64,000 bases of DNA, from assembly GCA_902563505.1 (NCBI GenBank), contig CACEXK010000003.1:110318-174317 (forward strand), given 5' to 3'. Position numbers and translations under genes: made by a program. Position 1 is the stretch's first letter. Each line of letters starts with the position of its first letter. This document shows, one piece after another, positions 56,501-64,000 of this stretch. Under the pieces are notes generated by a model. That model searched no databases. It saw only the letters and a list, made by a program, of their open reading frames with translations, and was not told where the DNA came from. The stretch comes from an uncultured Alphaproteobacteria bacterium (GTDB lineage: Bacteria; Pseudomonadota; Alphaproteobacteria; Methylaequorales; Methylaequoraceae).

Positions 56501-58831
56501 CTAAAAACTTGCAATACCTTTAACCCATGCAGTTAGAGGTTTTCCCGCTCTTGCACCATCAGGATGTCTGGATGAAATATATTCTAGATCAGTTGCATTA
56601 TTTACTCCTGCAGTTATCGAGTAATTTTTGTTAATCTCATAACCAGCACGCAAATTCAGCAAGGTAGCTGAATCAATCTTTCCAGCTCTTGCATCAGGTG
56701 TTGATCCAGAAACTTCAGTATCAGTCTCCGCAGCAGTACCGTGTGTTTCAGAGTGGTGGGTTACATTTATTCCGAAAGTAAAAGGACCATATGCATAATC
56801 AATTCCACCAGAAAAAACATGCTCTGGAACATATGGGACATTATTACCATCTCGACCACCAGAGAAAATGGATTCAGAATCAGTTGAGGTTGAATCACCA
56901 TCTAAATTAGCATTTGTAAATGTGTAGTTTGCATAAAATGTTGTATCACCAGCAAAAGGCAAGAAATTTTCAGGTGAATAAGCGGTCATTAATTCAAAAC
57001 CCTTGGATACGATTTTACCTGCATTATCGGCATCACCACCTGTGTTCGAATTATCTAAAACCAAAACATTATCAAAGTCTGTTTTAAAACCAATAAATGA
57101 GGCCGAGAAGTTTTCATCAGCGTATCTAACGCCAAGCTCTTTCTGAACACTTTTTTCTGGTTGAATAGGTGTTCCATCATCTCTAGCTCCACTTGGAGAG
57201 GTAAAACCAAAACCTTTATAAACTGCACCATACCATTGCCAGTTTTCATCATGATTGTAAGTTAATCCACCGCCTGGAACAAATGCATAAGTTTTTTCTT
57301 CCAAGTTATTAGTGGTTCCCATTGTAGCAGCTCCACTTCTGTAATGCTGTTTTACATACTCAAATCGCGAGCCAAAGGATACAACAAAATTATTAATTGT
57401 AGCTGACTCTTCAAAGTAAGCCGCAGCTCCTTTTGTTTTTTGGTTTCTATCGGCATCAAAAGCATGTGAACTCGTTGTTAATGTCCCAGTATTTGCAGCC
57501 TGATTGTATGTATCAGTATATTGATCCCTGTTAATTGAATCATAATGAAACTTAAAACCAACTTTAAGGTCATGATCAATTCTTCTATTAAGAATATTAG
57601 TAGCAAAATCAAAATTAGTTTGGTTCATTACCCCGTAAGCATAATACTGTCTGTCGTTAGATTTATATCTCACAGTACCAGCTCTATCACCTCTATATAT
57701 TTCGATATCTGTTGTATTTCCGCCTCTAGCTGCTGTGTATGCTTTCGAAGAAATTGCTCTGATATTGGTGCCATTAACTCTATCTAACTTATACCAATCT
57801 CTATAAAACTGATTGTAATAAAAAGTAGTTGTATTCTTGATATCATCAGTAATCTCTGCATGAATCTTTGCGTAGTATGTTTTCGCTTCTGAGTTCATAT
57901 TGTCTAACTGACTGGCTACATACCTTTGAAAAGGGTCGTTATTAAAATCAGCAGTAGTTAAACCTGCATAACCCTCATAATAATCAAGACTATTATAAGC
58001 ACCTTTTAGCTCAAGAGTTACTTTGTTTCTTACAGGAAGCTGCCATAATAATTTTACCATTGGTGCAATCTGAGAAAGACCTCCCGCATCATCATCACCA
58101 TAATGATCTTGCGGACCTGCTCCATCTGCATCAACTGGACCAGTAAAATCTCTAAATCCGTCATTATCACGCCAGTATGCCTCCGCTAGAATAGCAATGG
58201 CACCATAGCGCCCAGTTATTCCATAATTTCCGTAAGCATGAGTTGAGATATCATTATGTGAGCCATACGATACACTTCCGTAGGCTCTTTGTCCGAAATC
58301 AATTGGTGTCGTTTGATAGTTTATAACACCACCGGTTGTATGTGGACCATACCTAAATTGCGCACTACCTTTTAAAATTTCAATCGAATTCATTTTTGCA
58401 GCTAATGGTGAATAATATGCATCTGGGGCTGAATAAGGGGCAGGGGCAATGTTGATACCATCTTCCAGCATAGTTACAGCTGCCGTACGTAAAGTGCTAA
58501 CCCCTCTCAAGCTAATGTTAGGAAAAATACCATAACCGTCTTCTTCACGAGAATAAACACCCGTTGAATTTCTTAAAATATCATTAATATTCTGAAAATT
58601 ATATTTTCTGATTTGTTCAGTTGGAATGTAATCACCAGAGCCGGGAAGTTCAAAATCCTGCTCTGGCGACTCATAAATGTTTACATCAGGAGCTACATAA
58701 GCGTAGTCCTGAGCATAAACATTGGCACTTAACATAAAGCAAAAAGTAAATGCTAACCTTGACATTTGACGAGCATATTTAGGTGCTAACCTTTCAGTCA
58801 TAACTGAACTAGTATAAATTTTTTTGCGCAT
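56501..58831 (-). CDS. TonB-dependent outer-membrane receptor
   Basis: Signal peptide (MSRLAFTFCFMLSANVYAQ), a plug domain with IEILKGSAQFRYGPHTTGGVINY, a long beta-barrel region and a C-terminal aromatic residue (…GIASF). Its GC content is visibly higher than the flanking DNA (roughly 40-47% by eye). Confidence 0.85.
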   Translation of the reverse strand: MRKKIYTSSVMTERLAPKYARQMSRLAFTFCFMLSANVYAQDYAYVAPDVNIYESPEQDFELPGSGDYIPTEQIRKYNFQNINDILRNSTGVYSREEDGYGIFPNISLRGVSTLRTAAVTMLEDGINIAPAPYSAPDAYYSPLAAKMNSIEILKGSAQFRYGPHTTGGVINYQTTPIDFGQRAYGSVSYGSHNDISTHAYGNYGITGRYGAIAILAEAYWRDNDGFRDFTGPVDADGAGPQDHYGDDDAGGLSQIAPMVKLLWQLPVRNKVTLELKGAYNSLDYYEGYAGLTTADFNNDPFQRYVASQLDNMNSEAKTYYAKIHAEITDDIKNTTTFYYNQFYRDWYKLDRVNGTNIRAISSKAYTAARGGNTTDIEIYRGDRAGTVRYKSNDRQYYAYGVMNQTNFDFATNILNRRIDHDLKVGFKFHYDSINRDQYTDTYNQAANTGTLTTSSHAFDADRNQKTKGAAAYFEESATINNFVVSFGSRFEYVKQHYRSGAATMGTTNNLEEKTYAFVPGGGLTYNHDENWQWYGAVYKGFGFTSPSGARDDGTPIQPEKSVQKELGVRYADENFSASFIGFKTDFDNVLVLDNSNTGGDADNAGKIVSKGFELMTAYSPENFLPFAGDTTFYANYTFTNANLDGDSTSTDSESIFSGGRDGNNVPYVPEHVFSGGIDYAYGPFTFGINVTHHSETHGTAAETDTEVSGSTPDARAGKIDSATLLNLRAGYEINKNYSITAGVNNATDLEYISSRHPDGARAGKPLTAWVKGIASF

Positions 58832-58870
58832 AATTTAAATTTCCAAAAAATCTTAATAAAGTAATCTTTA

Positions 58871-58962
58871 TTATGATAATAGTTATCATTATCGTTATTA
58901 ATAATAATGATTATCATTACCAAAACTTATTGTCAACAAGATAATGATAATTATTATCATTA
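58871..58962. promoter_or_regulatory. Three Fur-box-like operators in the divergent promoter region between the TonB-dependent receptor and the MBL-fold gene
   Basis: 58875-58893 GATAATAGTTATCATTATC, 58903-58921 AATAATGATTATCATTACC and 58940-58958 GATAATGATAATTATTATC, compared with the Fur consensus GATAATGATAATCATTATC. A minus-strand TTGACA -35 lies at 58931-58936 and its -10 region overlaps box 2. Confidence 0.7.
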
Positions 58963-59052
58963 GTTTTTTTTATCTTCTTAACTAATTTTTTTAATACTTT
59001 ATAAACTATCTATTAAACCTAAAATCAAAGACAAGAAACTATTCTATAGAAT

Positions 59053-59982
59053 ATGAAAAAAACATTTTTTGCCATAATAATTGTCTTTTTTTTCAGGATT
59101 AACGCTTTTGAAATCTCTGAGATTGATAAAGGAATTTTTGTTCATTATGGAATTCAGCAAGATTCCAACAAAAATAACGCCGGAGATATCGCAAATATTG
59201 GCTTTATAATTGGAAAAAAATCCATATTAGTCGTTGATACAGGTGGAACACCAATAATTGGCCAAAAACTTTTACAAAAAATTAAAGAAATATCTAATTT
59301 ACCTATTTCTCATGTTGTTATTACCCATTCCCACCCTGATCATTTTTTTGGAACTCAGGCTTTCTTAGCTGAAAACCCCAAAATTGTTGGGCATGAAAAA
59401 CTCAATAGATCTCTTTTAAGCAATTTTAATTTTTACAAAAACCAACAACTGAGTAATATTCAAGATGATTCAATCCAAGAGGCTCAACTTGTTAAGGCTA
59501 ATGTTTTAATCAAAACTAATAAAACAAAAATTATTGATCTTGGCGAGAGGTTTGTTGAAATCAAGGCATGGGAAACTGGCCATACTGATAATGACCTCTC
59601 AATTTATGATAAAAAAACAAAAACTTTCTGGTCGGAAAATATTTTTGTTAAAAGAACACCATCAATTCGTGCTAGTATCTTAGGTTGGAGAAAAAACTTA
59701 GAAGAAATTTCAAAAATGGAAATTAAACTGATAATACCAGGCCACGGAAAAGCTGTAGATAAAGAAAAAGCAATTAAGCCTATGATCAATTATTTTGATA
59801 GAATTATTGTCAAATTGAGAGAATTGCAAAAAAAGAATAAATCACTGCAAGAGTCAATAAATATAATTCTCCAAGAGTCAATTTTAGAGCCCTCAGAAGT
59901 TAACAAAGAAAATTGGATTTTATTTGATGAATATCATTATTCGAACATTACAAAAGCCTTTACCGAGCTTGAATGGGAATAA
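59053..59982 (+). CDS. Exported metallo-beta-lactamase-fold hydrolase
   Basis: Signal peptide and the HxHxDH motif (ITHSHPDHFFG). Confidence 0.7.
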   Translation: MKKTFFAIIIVFFFRINAFEISEIDKGIFVHYGIQQDSNKNNAGDIANIGFIIGKKSILVVDTGGTPIIGQKLLQKIKEISNLPISHVVITHSHPDHFFGTQAFLAENPKIVGHEKLNRSLLSNFNFYKNQQLSNIQDDSIQEAQLVKANVLIKTNKTKIIDLGERFVEIKAWETGHTDNDLSIYDKKTKTFWSENIFVKRTPSIRASILGWRKNLEEISKMEIKLIIPGHGKAVDKEKAIKPMINYFDRIIVKLRELQKKNKSLQESINIILQESILEPSEVNKENWILFDEYHYSNITKAFTELEWE

Positions 59983-60235
59983 TACTTAACAAAACAGATT
60001 ATTTGTCGATGATAAATACATGTTTCCAATTTTTTTTAAAACAATTATTTACTTAAACATAAGTTTTATTCTTTTAATTTCCTTTTACCTTATATTCTCA
60101 AAAAAAAATGAACCCAAAGAATTTCCTGAAAAATTTAGTAAAAAATATCTGCTTAAACTACCTAAATTCTAGCTCTTAAAAGTAATTTTTCAAAAAACTA
60201 TTTACTATTTTTAAGCTAGCAACTAAATTACAAAT

Positions 60236-60409
60236 ATGGATAATATGGATTCAAAAGAGCAAATTCAAAGACTGGAGGAAAAAATTGACAAGCTTCAACG
60301 ATCAATTTCTAAGCTAGAAAAAAAACTTTCAAGCCACATTGAATTTATCGATAGAGTCTACGAACCACTTAGAAGTCCAATATCAAAAATAAAAAATTTT
60401 TTTGGGTAA
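60236..60409 (+). CDS. Small coiled-coil ORF (57 aa)
   Basis: MDNMDSKEQIQRLEEKIDKLQRSISKLEKKLSSHIEFIDRVYEPL.... It is below the ORF-track cutoff and heptad-like. Confidence 0.3.
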   Translation: MDNMDSKEQIQRLEEKIDKLQRSISKLEKKLSSHIEFIDRVYEPLRSPISKIKNFFG

Positions 60410-60424
60410 CTAAAGAGGTATCTG

Positions 60425-60763
60425 GTGATTTTTTTTTTGACTAAGATAATATTTTCAAGCTTTCTTATTGCTTTTGCTAGTTGGTTGTCAATCAAAAAAC
60501 CTGTACTTGCCGGTTTTATTATAGCTTTACCAATTGTTAGTATGATTTCAATTTTCTTTTCCTATTTTGAAAAAAAAGATTTTGAAAAAACAATGCTTTT
60601 TGCAAAAAGTATTTTTGTAGGAGTTCCACTCACATTAACATTTTTTATTCCTTTTTTATTTGCTAAAAATTTGGGATTGAATTTTCTACTAACTTACTCT
60701 CTTGGAATAATCTTCTTAATTGCTGGTTATTTCCTTCACAAAATAATAATGAATACAATTTAA
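60425..60763 (+). CDS. Small membrane protein (3-4 TM helices), unknown function
   Basis: 112 aa, hydrophobic throughout. Confidence 0.4.
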   Translation: MIFFLTKIIFSSFLIAFASWLSIKKPVLAGFIIALPIVSMISIFFSYFEKKDFEKTMLFAKSIFVGVPLTLTFFIPFLFAKNLGLNFLLTYSLGIIFLIAGYFLHKIIMNTI

Positions 60764-60907
60764 TGTATGAATTTAACAGACTTCTTATTTATCTGTCAGT
60801 AATTCTATCCATTTCATCACTTGTGGTATTTCTTTTTGTATAATTAGAAAAATCTTTGTATTTAAAAAATAATTATTTTTGATAGTATTTAAAGTATAGA
60901 AAATTTT

Positions 60908-61369
60908 ATGAAAAAAATCTTTATAGATTATGGACAAAGAATCAATACGGCAATTCTTGGTGTCATTCAGGATATTCTTCGGGATCTCTCAGAATCAAAA
61001 ATATCATCTAATCACTGCTTTTATATTACATTTAAGACAAAAGATGAGGATGTAAAGATTTCTAAAAATCTTCAGAAAGATTATCCCAAAGAGATGACTA
61101 TAGTACTACAAAATCAATACTGGGACCTAAATGTAAGAAAAAATCATTTCACAGTTACCTTAACTTTCAACAAAAAAAAAGAAATGCTCCAAATTCCATT
61201 TAAATCAATTATTAAATTCTATGATCCGTTTGTTAAATTCAGTATTCAACTTGAATTAAAAGATAATAAAATTAAAAGTCAAAAATCACTTATCAAGAAA
61301 AAAACAAAGAGTTCAGAAAAATCTCGGAAAATAATTACATTAGATGACTTCAGAAAAAAAAATAAATAG
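60908..61369 (+). CDS. sspB: ClpXP adaptor SspB (stringent starvation protein B), alphaproteobacterial type
   Basis: The spacing of hydrophobic and aromatic residues (…YITFKT…TIVLQNQYWDLNV…FTVTLTF…IPFKSIIKFYDP) matches the SspB substrate-binding domain. A Lys/Ser-rich tail ends in a probable ClpX-binding segment. Confidence 0.6.
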   Translation: MKKIFIDYGQRINTAILGVIQDILRDLSESKISSNHCFYITFKTKDEDVKISKNLQKDYPKEMTIVLQNQYWDLNVRKNHFTVTLTFNKKKEMLQIPFKSIIKFYDPFVKFSIQLELKDNKIKSQKSLIKKKTKSSEKSRKIITLDDFRKKNK

Positions 61370-62744
61370 TTTTAGAACCGAAAAAGATAGTATTGGAAAG
61401 ATTCAAGTTCCAAAAAATAAATACTGGGGGGCACAAACCCAAAGGAGTCTTGAAAACTTTAGAATTGGGTCAGACATAATGCCCAAAGAATTGATTCAAG
61501 CTTTTGCAATACAAAAGAAAGCTGCTGCAATTAGCAATATTGCATTAAATAAACTCGATTCAAAACTTGGTAATAAAATTATTCAGGTTTGTGATGAAAT
61601 TATTAAAGGTAAACTTTTAGATCATTTTCCACTATCAGTTTGGCAGACTGGTTCAGGCACGCAAACAAATATGAATCTTAACGAAGTCATAGCAAATAGG
61701 GCTAATGAAAGTTTAGGAAAAAATCTTGGCGAGTATGACCCTATTCACCCGAATGATCATTGTAATCTTGGGCAATCATCTAATGATTCTTTCCCAACTG
61801 CAATGCATATTTCAATAGTTCTTAAAGCTAAAGAAAAACTCTTTCCATCGATTGACATAATGTCAAACACACTAAAGAAAAAAATAAATCATTTTGAAAA
61901 AATAATAAAGGTTGGTAGAACGCATTTGCAGGATGCAACACCATTAACTCTTGGTCAAGAATTTCATGGTTATGTTGGTCAGGTTGAAAGTGCAAGAAAA
62001 AGAATTTCAGAATCTTTAAATAATCTCCTATATCTAGCACAAGGTGGTACAGCTGTTGGAACTGGATTGAACTCCTCTAGTAAATTTATTGCAGGCTTCA
62101 TAAAAGCAACTCAAATGATTACAGGAATGCCGTTTAAAGAATCAAAAAATAAATTTGAACTACTCTCGTCTCATGAATCAATAATTCATTTTTCAAGTTC
62201 AATGAACACATTAATTATTGCTTGTTACAAAATAGCAAATGATATCAGACTTATGGCATCAGGGCCAAGGTGTGGAATAGGTGAAATCACTTTACCTGCC
62301 AATGAACCTGGTTCGTCAATTATGCCAGGAAAAATAAATCCAACTCAGTGTGAAGCCATGACTCAGGTTTGTTTGCATTTAATGGGACTTAATTATTCAA
62401 ATTCAATAGCAGGAACCCAAGGACATTTTCAGCTCAATGCTTATAAAACATTGATTATTTTTAATACATTAAGAAGCATGCGGCTTATTTCGGATGCTAT
62501 TGAATCCTTCAGCAAAAAATGTTTAGATGGAATCGTTGCAAACAAAACAGTAATTGAAAAAAACTTAAAGAATTCTCTTATGCTTGTTACGGCTCTAAAT
62601 CCAAAAATAGGTTATTCTAAAGCTTCTGAAGTTGCAAAAAAAGCCTTTGAAGAAAATATTACGCTCAAAGAGGCAGTTGTAAAACTCGGTTATTTGAATG
62701 AAAAAGAGTTCGATTTAATTGTTGACATAAAAAAAATGATTTAA
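61344..62744 (+). CDS. fumC: Fumarate hydratase class II
   Basis: GSSIMPGKINPTQCEAM is the fumarase/aspartase signature (GSSxMPxKxN). 466 aa. Confidence 0.95.
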   Translation: MTSEKKINSFRTEKDSIGKIQVPKNKYWGAQTQRSLENFRIGSDIMPKELIQAFAIQKKAAAISNIALNKLDSKLGNKIIQVCDEIIKGKLLDHFPLSVWQTGSGTQTNMNLNEVIANRANESLGKNLGEYDPIHPNDHCNLGQSSNDSFPTAMHISIVLKAKEKLFPSIDIMSNTLKKKINHFEKIIKVGRTHLQDATPLTLGQEFHGYVGQVESARKRISESLNNLLYLAQGGTAVGTGLNSSSKFIAGFIKATQMITGMPFKESKNKFELLSSHESIIHFSSSMNTLIIACYKIANDIRLMASGPRCGIGEITLPANEPGSSIMPGKINPTQCEAMTQVCLHLMGLNYSNSIAGTQGHFQLNAYKTLIIFNTLRSMRLISDAIESFSKKCLDGIVANKTVIEKNLKNSLMLVTALNPKIGYSKASEVAKKAFEENITLKEAVVKLGYLNEKEFDLIVDIKKMI

Positions 62745-62749
62745 ATAAA

Positions 62750-64000
62750 TCAATCAAGAAATAAGTCAAGTATCTCATTTGGATTAATATCATTATTAAT
62801 TTTTCCTTTTTTCAGAAAATCTTTTAGAGAACCAGGATCAATAACTATAGATTTTTTTTCTTTTAATATTTTATTAATACCTTCATTAAAAAGTCTTTCT
62901 TTCAGCTTTTCAAAATCATACGATATTTTATAATTTTTTAATGTTCCATTCATATCAATTCCTAAAGGTGGAAGATTAGAATATTTTTTAGTTTTGAATT
63001 TAGCATCTGAATTAAGTATCAATTTGTCACTTATCATTTGATAGTTACCCACCGACGAAATTTCCAGGTTTTCATGCTTTGCAACTAATTCTTTAATTTG
63101 AAAGAAAGCATTCTTTGTAAAAAAATTTAATTTTATTGAATCTAGCATTGAATTCCCTTGAAAATTTTTGAATTTTAGAAAGCTTAGTAGAGCAGAAAGA
63201 TCATTAATTTCATCTACCCTTTTAGCTGCTTTTTTTAGATCTATTCCACTTAATTTAATTTTACCTACACTACAGAAACCTCTAGAATCAAGATTATTAA
63301 TTACATTCTCAAAATCTAAAGATTTAGTGGTAGTTGAAAAATTTATCGAACAATCTGCAAGACCATCATATAAATCAAAATCTGTTGAACCAAATAACTT
63401 TTTGTCTATCATAAAATTTGAGAAATTGATCAAACCATTTAATTTTTTTTTTTCTACATAATAAATTGAATCAATTCTGATAACTGAATTATTTTTCATT
63501 TTACCTGAAAACTTTTTTATTAAGATATTTCCCTTATCTATTATAAGATTAAAAACATTTTCTTTTATAGAAAATTTCTTCAAAGCGATTTCATTTATAT
63601 TGAAATCAAAATTTACTTTTAGATTTGTTGATAAATTATTTGTAAAATAAATCTTACTGTTTTTAAGATTAATCAATTGCCCAGACATAAATATAAATTC
63701 TTCTAGGGACAAAAATTTACTTTTTGCCTTTCCAAATATCTCAAAACCGTTTTGACTTATCAACAGTTTGCCGTTGTAATCAATTTTATTTCTATCTTTG
63801 ATTTTTTGTTGAATAATGAAATTTAAATCATCAAAATTTTTTCCATTAAAATCAAATTTTATTTTAGAATAGTATTTTTTTAATTCAAACTCCCCGCTTC
63901 CAACAAAATCTTCTTTACCCCGCAAAGTAAAATTTAAATCATTAAAAACAAGATTTTCTTTTTGATTAAGGTTAATAATACCTTCATATATTTTTATTAA
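62750..64000 (-). CDS. AsmA-family-like envelope protein, C-terminal part (the ORF stays open to the window end)
   Basis: The frame continues without a stop from 63925 to 64000. The product is repetitive and Asn/Lys-rich with a beta-rich character, like the C-termini of AsmA/TamB-like proteins. Low-confidence family call. Confidence 0.4.
   Translation of the reverse strand, partial: LIKIYEGIINLNQKENLVFNDLNFTLRGKEDFVGSGEFELKKYYSKIKFDFNGKNFDDLNFIIQQKIKDRNKIDYNGKLLISQNGFEIFGKAKSKFLSLEEFIFMSGQLINLKNSKIYFTNNLSTNLKVNFDFNINEIALKKFSIKENVFNLIIDKGNILIKKFSGKMKNNSVIRIDSIYYVEKKKLNGLINFSNFMIDKKLFGSTDFDLYDGLADCSINFSTTTKSLDFENVINNLDSRGFCSVGKIKLSGIDLKKAAKRVDEINDLSALLSFLKFKNFQGNSMLDSIKLNFFTKNAFFQIKELVAKHENLEISSVGNYQMISDKLILNSDAKFKTKKYSNLPPLGIDMNGTLKNYKISYDFEKLKERLFNEGINKILKEKKSIVIDPGSLKDFLKKGKINNDINPNEILDLFLD

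Overview
This window is AT-rich (roughly 30% GC, no computation run), has short intergenic spacers and many overlapping start/stop codons, and is dominated by alphaproteobacterial housekeeping genes. The gene content and order (glmU, hisD-hisG-murA-dcd, glyQS, mreBCD-mrdA-rodA, ilvBHC-leuA, hflKC-degP, thyX) resemble a streamlined marine alphaproteobacterium such as Pelagibacterales; that assignment is inference.

Three things stand out against the core genes:

1. A compact five-gene operon at about 29.3-32.9 kb. It encodes a MotA/TolQ/ExbB-like proton-channel protein, an ExbD/TolR-like single-TM protein with an unusually large beta-rich periplasmic domain, a 2-TM protein, a lipoprotein and an AI-2E/PerM-family permease. 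The lipoprotein has a paralogue about 26 kb away. I read this as a candidate uncharacterised PMF-driven envelope machine.

2. A permuted two-piece tmRNA (ssrA) at about 49.4 kb, with a G3:U70 acceptor stem, a tag ORF encoding ANDNTMALAA and a terminator. It is followed by an accessory island of about 10 kb (49.7-60.2 kb). The island carries two SAM methyltransferases, a type II R-M pair (C5-cytosine MTase plus HNH nuclease), a Met-Pro tautomerase-like ORF, an orphan tungstate/molybdate-type binding protein and a conspicuously GC-richer TonB-dependent receptor. The receptor's promoter region carries three near-consensus Fur boxes and is shared with a divergent exported MBL-fold hydrolase. The island separates ssrA from sspB, which encodes the adaptor for ssrA-tagged proteins.

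3. A cell-surface glycosylation cluster (asnB plus four glycosyltransferases) and a second glycosyltransferase-2/lipoprotein pair next to tRNA-Phe.

Smaller observations: a tRNA-Thr(GGU)-like gene with a non-canonical D and T loop whose CCA end abuts the start codon of a GltP-type symporter, small unannotated ORFs, and long poly-A/T tracts inside coding sequences. I found no CRISPR array, rRNA, transposase or integrase.
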